This document shows positions 9,277 through 22,138 of a stretch of 64,000 bases of DNA, piece by piece (position 1 is the first letter of the stretch; each line of letters opens with the position of its first letter). The stretch comes from Myxococcales bacterium (GTDB lineage Bacteria > Myxococcota_A > UBA9160 > UBA4427): positions 24,407 to 88,406 of the forward strand of contig DUBZ01000062.1 in NCBI GenBank assembly GCA_012960035.1, read 5' to 3'. The notes beneath the pieces were generated by a model. It was not told the DNA's origin. It saw only the letters and a program-made list of their open reading frames with translations, and ran no database searches. Made by a program: the position numbers and the translations under genes.

Positions 9277-11106
9277 ATGAACATCCTGGGGATTTCGGCG
9301 TACTACCACGACAGTGCTGCCTGCCTAGTGCAGGACGGCGTGATCGTGGCTGCCGCCCAGGAAGAACGATTTACGCGCAAGAAGCACGACCACCGTTTTC
9401 CGAAGCATGCGATCGACTACTGCCTAGCTGAAGCAGGGATCAAGCACGAAGACGTCGATCTGGTTACGTTTTACGACAAGCCACTCCTCAAGTTCGACCG
9501 CATCCTCGAAACCTATGTCGCGTGCGCACCCCGCGGCTTCAAGTTGTTCTTGATGGGCCTTCCGCTGTGGTTGAAAGAGAAACTCCACACCCCGCGTGAA
9601 CTCGATGCTGGCCTCGAAGGTCGATACAAGGGGCGCTACGTCTTTACCGAGCATCATCAATCGCACGCGGCCAGCGCATTTTTCCCTTCGCCATTTGACG
9701 AGGCTGCAATTTTAACGATGGATGGCGTTGGTGAGTGGGCGACGGGAAGTATCTCGCACGGCCAGGGCAATGAAATCAAGATGCTCAAGGAGATGCACTT
9801 CCCTCACTCCATTGGCCTGCTCTATTCCGCCATCACCTACTTCACCGGTTTTCGGGTGAACAGTGGTGAGTATAAGTTGATGGGCCTCGCGCCGTATGGC
9901 GAGCCGATTTACAAAGACTTGATTCTCGAAAAGCTGATCGACCTGAAGCCTGACGGTTCATTCAAGATGGACATGTCCTACTTCGCTTTCATCTACGACG
10001 ACGTCATGACGTCGCCCAAGATGAATGAACTCTTCGATGGCCCTCCGCGCGCTGCAGAAAGCGAAATCACCCAACGCGAAATGGACATCGCGGCTTCCAT
10101 TCAGGCCGTCACCGAAGAAATCGTGATCCGTACGGCCCGTACTGCTCATGAGCTTACGGGCTCGAAGAACCTGACCCTCGCAGGGGGCGTGGCTCTCAAC
10201 TGCGTGGCCAACGGAAAGATTTTGCGTGAAGGCCCGTTCGAGAATATCTGGATCCAACCGGCGGCCGGCGATGCAGGTGGCGCACTCGGTGCGGCAATGT
10301 TCGTTTGGCATCAGCTACTCGACAACCCGCGAACCACTGGCGAGTTCGACAGCCAGTTCGGTTCGTTCCTCGGAGAGCAGGAGAGTGCGGAATCGATCGC
10401 CAAGTACCTCGACTCGGTCGGCGCGATCTATCAGGAATTCCCGGAAGAAGAAAAGCTCTGTGATCGCGTGGCGGAGTTGCTCGCGGATGAAAACGTGATT
10501 GGTCATGTAGGCGGCCGAATGGAGTTCGGGCCCCGGGCCCTTGGCGCACGCTCGATCCTTGGCGACGCGCGCTCACCCCGCATGCAAGAAGTGATGAACG
10601 TGAAGATCAAGTTCCGCGAATCGTTCCGTCCGTTTGCACCGGCGGTGCTCAAGGATCGCGTCGACGAGTACTTCGAAATGCGGCCCGAAGAAGAAAGCCC
10701 GTATATGTTGCTCGTGGCGCCGGTAAAAAAAGACAAACTGATCAACGCCGAAAGCAGTGGCGAGAAGGGCCTCGACCAACTGAAACAGCTTCGCAGCGTC
10801 GTTCCCGCCATCACCCACGTCGACAACTCGGCTCGCGTCCAAACGATCGACGAAGCGCGCAACCCTCGCTTCCATGGGATCCTCAAAAAGTTCGAAGAAC
10901 GAACGGGCAGCCCAGTATTGATCAATACGAGCTTCAACGTTCGTGGCGAACCCATCGTACGTACGTCTGAAGATGCCTACCGCTGCTTCATGCACACCAA
11001 CATGGATGTGCTGGTGCTCGAGGATTTTGTTCTGCTGAAGGACGACCAACCCGACGCGCGGGAAATCGATCTCGAGGCCTACCTCACTGAATTTGCACTG
11101 GATTGA
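9277..11106 (+). CDS. Carbamoyltransferase (NodU/CmcH family)
   Basis: MNILGISAYYHDSAACLVQDGVIVAAAQEERFTRKKHDHRFP...LAGGVALNCVANG...NTSFNVRGEPIV is the typical full-length architecture. Confidence 0.92.
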   Translation: MNILGISAYYHDSAACLVQDGVIVAAAQEERFTRKKHDHRFPKHAIDYCLAEAGIKHEDVDLVTFYDKPLLKFDRILETYVACAPRGFKLFLMGLPLWLKEKLHTPRELDAGLEGRYKGRYVFTEHHQSHAASAFFPSPFDEAAILTMDGVGEWATGSISHGQGNEIKMLKEMHFPHSIGLLYSAITYFTGFRVNSGEYKLMGLAPYGEPIYKDLILEKLIDLKPDGSFKMDMSYFAFIYDDVMTSPKMNELFDGPPRAAESEITQREMDIAASIQAVTEEIVIRTARTAHELTGSKNLTLAGGVALNCVANGKILREGPFENIWIQPAAGDAGGALGAAMFVWHQLLDNPRTTGEFDSQFGSFLGEQESAESIAKYLDSVGAIYQEFPEEEKLCDRVAELLADENVIGHVGGRMEFGPRALGARSILGDARSPRMQEVMNVKIKFRESFRPFAPAVLKDRVDEYFEMRPEEESPYMLLVAPVKKDKLINAESSGEKGLDQLKQLRSVVPAITHVDNSARVQTIDEARNPRFHGILKKFEERTGSPVLINTSFNVRGEPIVRTSEDAYRCFMHTNMDVLVLEDFVLLKDDQPDAREIDLEAYLTEFALD

Positions 11107-11109
11107 TCA

Positions 11110-11556
11110 ATGGCTCAAATGATTGAAATGAACCTGCGTCCAGACGACAAAACGCTTCGGCAGTTTGGCGTCATTGCGATCTGCGGCTTTGGCTTCGTAG
11201 CTGCGATCGCACATTTCGAAGTGCTGATCTTCGCCATGGGGCTTGGTGCTGCAAAGCCCTACGTCGTAAACACGTTTGCGGCGTTGGCGGGGTATGGAGC
11301 GGTTTGCTCGCTGGTCTTTCCCAAGGCGAACTTGCCGGTTTATGTGGCACTGACGGTCATTTCGTACCCGATCGGTTTCGTGCTTTCGTACGTCATTATG
11401 GGGACGCTCTTCTTTTTGATCATCACGCCGATCGGGCTCATCGCGAAACTGGTCGGGTTCGATCCACTTAACCGAAAGTTGGATCCCGACGCGGAAACCT
11501 ATTGGCTCGATTGCCGGCCCGCGCGGGACAAGGCGAGCTACTTCCGACAATTCTAG
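11110..11556 (+). CDS. SxtJ family membrane protein
   Basis: 148 aa with 3-4 hydrophobic helices. It contains LRQFGVIAICGFGFV near the N-terminus and sits directly after the carbamoyltransferase, as in the recurrent triad. Confidence 0.7.
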   Translation: MAQMIEMNLRPDDKTLRQFGVIAICGFGFVAAIAHFEVLIFAMGLGAAKPYVVNTFAALAGYGAVCSLVFPKANLPVYVALTVISYPIGFVLSYVIMGTLFFLIITPIGLIAKLVGFDPLNRKLDPDAETYWLDCRPARDKASYFRQF

Positions 11557-11639
11557 AAACGGATCTAAGCCGCGGTGAGCATGACTGCGGGCTGTAAGAA
11601 TCGCATCAACCAAGACCGCAAAGCGGATGGAGAAACAAC

Positions 11640-11846
11640 ATGACCGATAAACCGAACAAAGCGAGCGACGACTTCACCGCGCAATCGACGCAGGAGCGCA
11701 CCGGCCTCGTCACCGAGTTTGTTGACTTCCTAAAAGACAACAAAAAGTGGTGGCTTGCACCGATCATCGTGTCGATCCTCGGGCTCGGGCTCCTCGTGAT
11801 GCTCGGCGGAACCGCCGCGGCACCGTTCATCTACACGCTCTTCTAG
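11640..11846 (+). CDS. DUF5989 family small membrane protein
   Basis: EFVDFLKDNKKWWLAPIIVSILGLGLLVMLGGTAAAPFIYTLF is the hallmark C-terminal motif of the family. Confidence 0.8.
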   Translation: MTDKPNKASDDFTAQSTQERTGLVTEFVDFLKDNKKWWLAPIIVSILGLGLLVMLGGTAAAPFIYTLF

Positions 11847-11903
11847 ACTTTCGTCTAGTACGCTCGCTGGGGCCATGGCCTGGGCGAACGCAGAGTCGAT
11901 ACG

Positions 11904-15327
<3,424 letters not shown>

Positions 15328-15333
15328 ACCAAG

Positions 15334-16794
15334 ATGCCTACACGGGTGAGTCGACAGAACTCGGAGTTGCGAGGACGTAAGGGGCAGAGCCCTTCTCGTC
15401 GACGTATTTTGATTGTCGACGACGCGGAAGGAATTCGAACCTATCTCGCGCATCTGCTGGAAGCCAAGGGCTATGACGTCGATACTGCCGAAGACGGTCG
15501 AAGTGCTCTGGCGTTGCTCGAAGGGGGCGCTGCCCCGGATGCGATCCTGCTCGACATTATGATGCCGGGGATCGATGGGATCGAAACGCTGCGTCGCATT
15601 CGCGCGTTTAACCTCGAGCTTCCAGTCGTGATGCTGTCGGTCATCGGTCGTGCAGCGTCGATTGTAGAAGCCATGTCTCTTGGCGCCGTCGACTACTTGA
15701 ACAAGCCATTCGAAGAAGAAGAACTGGACGTTGTGTTGGCCGCGGTCTTCGCCAGAGTCGACCGCGTTGCCCACATTGCGTCGAATACCGAGATTTGTGA
15801 TGTCGCCGATCCCGCCAGCGTCGTCTGGTCGAGCGGGGCGATGCAGAACGTGAGGGACGTCCTGACTCAAATTTCAGGCACGGACGTCACGGTGTTGATT
15901 CAGGGCGAGAGTGGCTGCGGCAAGGAAATTGTCGCGCGGGCCGTTCACGAATACTCGACGCGAAAGAACAAGAACTTCGTGAAGGTCAACTGCGCCGCGC
16001 TGCCCGAGGACCTGCTCGAAAGTGAACTCTTTGGCTACGAAAAGGGCGCGTTTACGGGCGCCAATTCGCGCAAGCCAGGCCGGTTCGAAATCGCGAATCA
16101 CGGCACGATCTTCTTGGACGAGATCGCCGAGATGAGCCCGGGGCTCCAGGCCAAAATGCTCCAGGTGCTGCAAGATCGCGAGTTTACGCGGCTGGGCGGC
16201 AACAAGGAAATCAAGGTCGACGTGCGCGTAGTTTGCGCAACGCACCAGCCTCTCATGAAGATGGTGCAGGACGGCGACTTCCGCGAAGACCTCTACTTCC
16301 GTCTCAATGTCGTCAATATCGAGATCCCGCCGTTGCGAGACCGACGCGACGAAATCCCTAGGTTGTGTGAAACCTTCTTGTCCCGGTACAGCGCGCGCTA
16401 CAGACGTCCGTTGCACGCGATGTCAACGACCTTGACCGACGCCTTTGCGCGCTACGACTTTCCGGGCAACATCCGCGAACTTGAAAACATGATCAAGCGC
16501 GTGGTGGTGCTGGAGAGCGAACATTCGATTCTGGTTGACCTCGATCGCAAGCAAAATGGCGAGTCGGGCGGGTGTTCGGCACTTCAGTTGCTGCTCGACG
16601 AAATCGAAGAAACCGCGGGCGACGTTCCGTTGCGCGAGGTCGGCCGCCGCATGGCGCAGCAGGCCGAACGCGAGACGATTGAACGCATCCTGGTGCGTAC
16701 GAGCTGGAACCGGAAACAGGCGGCCAAGCTCCTGAATGTGAGCTACAAAACGCTACTTCAGAAGATTCGCGAGACTGGCCTCGAGGCGAAGTAG
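15334..16794 (+). CDS. Sigma-54-dependent response regulator (NtrC family: REC-AAA+-Fis HTH)
   Basis: REC domain with LLDIMMPGIDG, Walker A GESGCGKE, an intact GAFTGA motif, and the C-terminal HTH NRKQAAKLLNVSYKTLLQKI. Confidence 0.92.
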   Translation: MPTRVSRQNSELRGRKGQSPSRRRILIVDDAEGIRTYLAHLLEAKGYDVDTAEDGRSALALLEGGAAPDAILLDIMMPGIDGIETLRRIRAFNLELPVVMLSVIGRAASIVEAMSLGAVDYLNKPFEEEELDVVLAAVFARVDRVAHIASNTEICDVADPASVVWSSGAMQNVRDVLTQISGTDVTVLIQGESGCGKEIVARAVHEYSTRKNKNFVKVNCAALPEDLLESELFGYEKGAFTGANSRKPGRFEIANHGTIFLDEIAEMSPGLQAKMLQVLQDREFTRLGGNKEIKVDVRVVCATHQPLMKMVQDGDFREDLYFRLNVVNIEIPPLRDRRDEIPRLCETFLSRYSARYRRPLHAMSTTLTDAFARYDFPGNIRELENMIKRVVVLESEHSILVDLDRKQNGESGGCSALQLLLDEIEETAGDVPLREVGRRMAQQAERETIERILVRTSWNRKQAAKLLNVSYKTLLQKIRETGLEAK

Positions 16795-16840
16795 TCCTCG
16801 AGTGCACCGTAGTTTCGCAGCGAATTCACCCGAGGTCGCG

Positions 16841-18037
16841 ATGCCGAGGATTCTTGATCTTCGCGGATGCGTCCGGAACAACCCTTGGGGTTCGCGTTCG
16901 CTTTTGTCTCAGCTCTTCGGGTTCGAAAACCCTGCCGGCGGCCCTCAGGCCGAATACTGGATGGGGGTGCATCCCGGTGGACCTGGCGAGGTCCGGGTCG
17001 ATGGTGATTGGGTCCCTCTGAACGATTGGATTCGGCAGGCACCTGAAGCACGTCTCGGTGCCGCCACCGTAGAGAAGTTCGGTGCAGAGCTCCCGTTCCT
17101 GTTTAAGATCCTCGCAGCCGGGGAGCCTTTGTCTCTGCAGGCGCATCCAAATGAAGAGCAAGCGAAAGCTGGCTTCGCCCTCGAAGATAAAACCGAAGTG
17201 GGCATCCATGATCCCACGCGAAGCTTTCGCGACTCGCGCGCCAAGCCCGAGCTTCTATGTGCGCTGACTCCTTTCGACGCCATGCTGGGCTTTCGTGACC
17301 TCGCTGAGATGCACGCCCTGATCTTGGAACTCGATCTCACTGAATTGAACTCGCGGCTCACTGATCTTCGGAGTGGAACGACGGAAGGACTTCGGAAATT
17401 CTTCTCTTCGCTCCTCGAGGAAGACACGCCGACACGTGCGCGCATCGCATTCGAAGTCGCTCGACGCTGTGCAGAATTGCCGTCGCATCCGGCGCGAAGA
17501 TGGGTGATAGAACTAGCGAGACGCTATCCCGAAGACATTTGCGTTCTTGCGCCGTTGCTGCTCAACGTGATTCGCCTCGAAGCCGGGCAGGCCGTGTTCT
17601 TGCCGCCGGGCGAGCTTCACTGCTACCTCGAAGGCTGCGGCGTTGAAATCATGTCGAGCTCCGACAATGTGCTTCGCTGTGGTTTAACGCGCAGTCACGT
17701 CGACGTCCCCACATTGCTTGACGTGCTGACGTTCTCCCATGGCGACGCGCAGGTCCTTGAGCCGTCGCCCGAGCGAAACGAAGAACGGACGTACGCTACG
17801 CCAGCCAAGGAATTCGAACTGTCGCGGGTCAATGTTGAAGGCAATCACACTTCAAGCCCCAGCGGCAGCATCGAGATCCTGCTCTTCAGCTTGGGAGCGG
17901 GCGAAGTCGTGTGGGGCGAGGACGGAGAAGCGCTCCGAGTCGCCCGCGGATCTTCGGTCGTCGTTTCGGCCGATTCCGGGGCATACCAGGTTCGCGGTTC
18001 GTGCAGCTTCTTCCGCGCCACCGTACCCGCCTCCTAG
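16841..18037 (+). CDS. manA: Mannose-6-phosphate isomerase, class I
   Basis: NPWGSRS..AEYWMGVHPGGP...PFLFKILAAGEPLSLQAHPN...ELHCYLEG fits class I PMI. The ATG at 16841 is preceded by GAGG. Confidence 0.85.
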   Translation: MPRILDLRGCVRNNPWGSRSLLSQLFGFENPAGGPQAEYWMGVHPGGPGEVRVDGDWVPLNDWIRQAPEARLGAATVEKFGAELPFLFKILAAGEPLSLQAHPNEEQAKAGFALEDKTEVGIHDPTRSFRDSRAKPELLCALTPFDAMLGFRDLAEMHALILELDLTELNSRLTDLRSGTTEGLRKFFSSLLEEDTPTRARIAFEVARRCAELPSHPARRWVIELARRYPEDICVLAPLLLNVIRLEAGQAVFLPPGELHCYLEGCGVEIMSSSDNVLRCGLTRSHVDVPTLLDVLTFSHGDAQVLEPSPERNEERTYATPAKEFELSRVNVEGNHTSSPSGSIEILLFSLGAGEVVWGEDGEALRVARGSSVVVSADSGAYQVRGSCSFFRATVPAS

Positions 18038-18045
18038 GGAAGTCG

Positions 18046-18395
18046 GCCGCGCATGCAGCCGGGGCCGACATCAAGCAGTTACCGAACCTGCTTCACGGTG
18101 AAGAGACTGTGTTGTACGGCGACCAGGCGTACTGGAAAGAAGTAGACCGGCACGTCTTCGAGGAGCGGGGCGTGCGTTACCGCGTCAACCGACGCGCCGC
18201 GGGCGGCAACAAGGAGCCGAACAATCGATGGCGCAAGATCAACCGGGCTCGATCACGATCCCGCGCGCGCTGCGAGCATCCCTTCCGTGTGATCAAGCAA
18301 TTCTGGGCCTTCGAATAGACGCGGTACTGTGGCATTGCGAAGAAGCTTGCCCCTCTCACTTCGCCACCGCTGTCCGATGATTTAATGCAGCATGC
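18046..18395 (+). pseudogene. IS5-family DDE transposase relic: C-terminal third only, with an in-frame TAG
   Basis: LLHGEETVLYGDQAYW...RWRKINRARSRSRARCEHPFRVIKQFWAFE*TRYCGIAKK mirrors the IS5 C-terminal block (..vEHpFrviKrqFGy.KvRYRGLaKN). There is no N-terminal part and no recognisable terminal repeats. Confidence 0.75.
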
Positions 18396-18645
18396 GCGGA
18401 GCTTCCCTCGGCATCCCCGGCCGCGGCGCGACCGAATGCTTCCGGTCTCCACAAAATTACGCAGGTTGGCGGTCGCAAGTACCGATATGTCGACTGTTTC
18501 TTGATGGCGACTACGCCGTTGCGGTTGACCCTAGGCGGAAAGAGGCTCGAAACGGACCCCGCGGGGATAGTGCGCGGATTTTGGAACAGCATTACCCTCA
18601 GTGTACCGAAGAAGGGAAGCAAACTTCCTATGTGTAATTTCACTT

Positions 18646-18698
18646 CCTGAATAGGGAAAAACATTTCACACGACAGGAAAATCTTTTCCCTATTCAGG
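18646..18698. repeat. Perfect 15-bp inverted repeat (CCTGAATAGGGAAAA - N23 - TTTTCCCTATTCAGG) in an AT-rich spacer
   Basis: Read directly. It lies ~160 bp upstream of the first gene of the EPS locus, in the most AT-rich stretch of the window. Confidence 0.9.
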
Positions 18699-18859
18699 GC
18701 ACAACAACGGAACACGAACAGAGATAGTAGACGCCCCGCCCGCAATAAAACGGTCTCTCGAACAAATGGCATGCCAAGGTGATGCCGGTTGAAAAAATTT
18801 GAGTCTTTTGCAATTCGCGAAATCCAAGTCAAACGCAGCAACGAAGGAAGTGATTGGTC

Positions 18860-20275
18860 ATGGTCGAGCGTTTCAGAGTTCTGGTGATCGACGACGATCC
18901 CGGCGTTCGTGATTACCTGGAAACCCTCGCGCTAAGACTTGGGTACCACGTCACCGCCGTTGGGGATGGCGAAGAAGCACTCGCCACCCTCGACGAATCC
19001 AAGCCAGACATCATTACGCTTGACGCGGTCTTGCCCGGCATGGACGGGCTCGAAACGCTTCGACGTCTCAAGCAGCGGATTCCCGAAGTGCCGGTGGTGA
19101 TGTTAAGTGGTCATGGCCAGGCGCGAACCATCGTCGAGGCCATGAAGCTCGGTGCTTCGGACTTCTTGCGCAAGCCGTTCGAAGTAGAAGAACTCGAACT
19201 GGCCTTTCAAAAAGCGCTCGAAAAGCACGCGCTCAAGGAAGAGGTTGAACAGCTTCGCGGTCGCGTGCGCAACGAGTCGGATGTACTCGGTTTGTTCGGC
19301 GACAACCCAAAGATGCTCGAAGTTCGCAAAATGATCGAACAGGTTGCGGACACCGACATCACGGTTTTGATTCGCGGCGAAAGTGGGACGGGCAAGGAAC
19401 TTGTCGCGCGTGGCCTTTACAGTCTGTCGGGGCGACGCACATATCCGTTCGTGAAAGTAAACTGCGCGGCGCTGCCGAGCGAATTGCTCGAAAGCGAATT
19501 GTTCGGTTTCGAAAAAGGTGCGTTCACAGGTGCGTTGCGCCGCAAGCTCGGTAAATTTGAGTACGCGAACCACGGCACGATCTTCCTCGATGAGATCAGC
19601 GAAATGCATCCCGGTCTGCAGGCCAAGCTCCTGCAAGTTTTGCAGGACGGTGAGTTTTCGCGACTCGGCGGCGAAAGTGACGTTCGCGTCGACACCCGCA
19701 TCATCGCTGCGACGAACCGCAACCTTGAAGAGGCGGTAAAAGACGGCAGCTTCCGCGAGGACCTCTACTACCGCCTCAACGTCGTGACGGTAAATCTTCC
19801 GCCACTGCGAGATCGGATCGACGCGATCCCACTCCTCGTCGACCACTTCCTGACCAAGTACAACGATCAGTACAAGAAGGACCTGGGCGAGCTGACCGAT
19901 TCTACGGTCAAAGTGATGCACGAATACCACTGGCCCGGCAACGTTCGCGAGCTCGAAAATATGGTGAAGCGCATGGTCGTGCTCGGGAACGAGCAAACCG
20001 TGCTGCAAGAAATTGCGATGCGTGGAAAGCCCGAAGAAACGACCAAAGGCGAAACCGCGGGCTTCGATCTCGACGCGCTGGGTGTCGACTTTTCTGACGG
20101 CGTCGACCTCAAGGCGATCTCAAAACGCGCTTCGCAGATCGCCGAAAAACGCGTCATCGACAAAGTGCTTCAGCAAACTCGCTGGAACCGTAAGGAAGCC
20201 GCTCTGCGTCTGCAGATCAGCTACAAGGCACTTCTGTACAAAATGAAAGAGAACGGCCTGAGTGAGGGAAGATAA
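18860..20275 (+). CDS. Sigma-54-dependent response regulator (PEP-CTERM-box PrsR-like)
   Basis: REC domain with ITLDAVLPGMDG, Walker A GESGTGKE, an intact GAFTGA motif, and the HTH NRKEAALRLQISYKALLYKM. The ATG at 18860 lies 9 nt after GAAGGAAG. Its stop codon abuts the export gene. Confidence 0.92.
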   Translation: MVERFRVLVIDDDPGVRDYLETLALRLGYHVTAVGDGEEALATLDESKPDIITLDAVLPGMDGLETLRRLKQRIPEVPVVMLSGHGQARTIVEAMKLGASDFLRKPFEVEELELAFQKALEKHALKEEVEQLRGRVRNESDVLGLFGDNPKMLEVRKMIEQVADTDITVLIRGESGTGKELVARGLYSLSGRRTYPFVKVNCAALPSELLESELFGFEKGAFTGALRRKLGKFEYANHGTIFLDEISEMHPGLQAKLLQVLQDGEFSRLGGESDVRVDTRIIAATNRNLEEAVKDGSFREDLYYRLNVVTVNLPPLRDRIDAIPLLVDHFLTKYNDQYKKDLGELTDSTVKVMHEYHWPGNVRELENMVKRMVVLGNEQTVLQEIAMRGKPEETTKGETAGFDLDALGVDFSDGVDLKAISKRASQIAEKRVIDKVLQQTRWNRKEAALRLQISYKALLYKMKENGLSEGR

Positions 20276-20908
20276 GTGAAGACCGATTTTACGATATTTC
20301 GAGTGAGTCTTGCCGGCAGCGATCGCATGGCGATCGCTATGGCGCTTTTGTCGGGCATGATGCTCGCGTGCGCCGCACCGTCTCCGCCTGCGCCGCCCGA
20401 GACTGTGCCCGGTGAACGCCGCGTCTACGTGATCGGTGTGACCGACGTGCTCGGCATCACGGTGTGGAAGAACCCCGAACTCTCGACTGCCGCGCCGGTG
20501 CGTCCCGACGGCAAGATATCGGTCCCGCTGCTCGACGATGTGCAAGCAGAGGGTTTGACTCCGCAAGAACTTAAAGAAGTGTTGACCGAGGCGCTCTCAG
20601 AATTCATTACAGCCCCGGACGTTACAGTGAGCGTTCGCGAGATGAACTCGCAGGCGATCTACCTGCTGGGCGAAGGCGTGCAGGGTAACGGCTCGCTTCC
20701 ATTGCGGAGGGAAATGCGCGTCCTTGAGGCGATCGCAACGATGGGTGGCTTCACCGTATGGGCTAAGAAAAATAACATCCGGATCCTCCGCAAGACGCAA
20801 ACCGGCATCACGGAATACTCGTTCAATTACGGCGCGTATATGGCGGGCAAGGCTCCGAACTCAAACATCGTGCTTCAAGCCGGTGACACCATTGTGGTTG
20901 GGAACTAG
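20276..20908 (+). CDS. Short polysaccharide export (OPX/Wza-family) protein: Poly_export + one SLBB domain
   Basis: YVIGVTDVLGITVW...VRPDGKISVPLLDDVQAEGLTPQELKEVL plus an SLBB-like IYLLGEGV..GSLPL...LEAIA.GG. It has a lipoprotein-like signal (..LLSGMMLAC). The start is GTG at 20276 or ATG at 20327. Confidence 0.85.
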   Translation: MKTDFTIFRVSLAGSDRMAIAMALLSGMMLACAAPSPPAPPETVPGERRVYVIGVTDVLGITVWKNPELSTAAPVRPDGKISVPLLDDVQAEGLTPQELKEVLTEALSEFITAPDVTVSVREMNSQAIYLLGEGVQGNGSLPLRREMRVLEAIATMGGFTVWAKKNNIRILRKTQTGITEYSFNYGAYMAGKAPNSNIVLQAGDTIVVGN

Positions 20909-20914
20909 GGACGA

Positions 20915-22120
20915 ATGATGCGCACCAAGCAATCAATCATCCTCCATCTGTTCCTGGCATTCGCCGGTGTTCCCGCCATGGGCGCGGAGAACGAAGTCAA
21001 ACTCGGCGTGACTTCGGCGGTCCGGTACAACGACAATGTCACCAATGTCGAAAAGAACAAGATCGATTCGTTTTCTTTCGAAATCGGTCCGTCTCTTCGA
21101 TACGAGCGGACCGACGCAAAGTACGAGGCGGGCGCATTCTATTCGCCTCGGTATGCGACGTATAGTGAGTCCGGGCGCGACGACACTTCTAATCACAACC
21201 TCGGGATCCATGCTGACTTTCGTCCGTCGAGCCGCTGGAACATCGGTTTCCGCGACACGCTCAGTCTTGAATTTGACGCGGACCGAGACTTTGACGACAA
21301 CCCGTCGGACGATACGACTGGCAGCGAAAAACAGACCCTGCGCAACTACCTGGATGGGACGGTGGTGTACAGCGTAAGTCAGCGGACGCGGCTCTCCACG
21401 AAAGTCAGTTACAACTTGACGGATCGCGAGGACAAAGATCTTTCGAGTCACACTCAGATCTCTGGACGCGTTGGCGCCAACCACGCGCTTTCCGCGCGTA
21501 ATACTTTGGGCGGTGGTGCCTTGGCGCGGAGCCAATCCATCACAGCCGGGAGTGACGACAATAATGGCGACAGCCAGAACGATTACTATGGGTTCTTCGT
21601 ATACGGCGAGCATCGGTTCAGTCCGCTTTTGATGATGAGTGGCAGCGGCGGGCCGACGTGGTTGGTGTCGAACCGGGATGGTGACGGTCGTGGCAGCGAG
21701 ACGAGTCTCGATTACTTCGCCTCCGCTGAGTTGACGGCGGAAATCGATCGTGGATCGGTGGCGATTACGTATCAGAGAAGCAGCAGCGATATCGCGTCGA
21801 GTGCAAGCGCGTTCACAATTGATGAAGTTGCAATCAACGCAGATTGGGGTGTGACAAGCTTGCTCGTGCTCAGCGTGAACGCAGAATGGAACACGCGCAA
21901 GGCGATCCTGAAGGTGCTCGAGAGCAACGAAATCAACGAAGTGGACCAGTGGCGTGCCGCGGCGACGGCGTCGTATCGAATTTCGCCAGAGCTTTTGACA
22001 CATGTGACATTTGATTACTTGCGGCAAGAATCAAAGCAAGCGGACTCTAATGCGGACAAGACTGATCGCTATCGAGTGGTCATGCGTTTCGACTATAACA
22101 TCAATGCATTTCGGTTTTAG
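20915..22120 (+). CDS. Outer-membrane beta-barrel protein of the EPS locus
   Basis: It has a signal peptide (..AGVPAMGAENE), alternating beta-strand-like composition rich in Y/S/D/R, and a C-terminal aromatic ..NINAFRF. Confidence 0.65.
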   Translation: MMRTKQSIILHLFLAFAGVPAMGAENEVKLGVTSAVRYNDNVTNVEKNKIDSFSFEIGPSLRYERTDAKYEAGAFYSPRYATYSESGRDDTSNHNLGIHADFRPSSRWNIGFRDTLSLEFDADRDFDDNPSDDTTGSEKQTLRNYLDGTVVYSVSQRTRLSTKVSYNLTDREDKDLSSHTQISGRVGANHALSARNTLGGGALARSQSITAGSDDNNGDSQNDYYGFFVYGEHRFSPLLMMSGSGGPTWLVSNRDGDGRGSETSLDYFASAELTAEIDRGSVAITYQRSSSDIASSASAFTIDEVAINADWGVTSLLVLSVNAEWNTRKAILKVLESNEINEVDQWRAAATASYRISPELLTHVTFDYLRQESKQADSNADKTDRYRVVMRFDYNINAFRF

Positions 22121-22138
22121 GAAAATAGGTTTTTTGCA

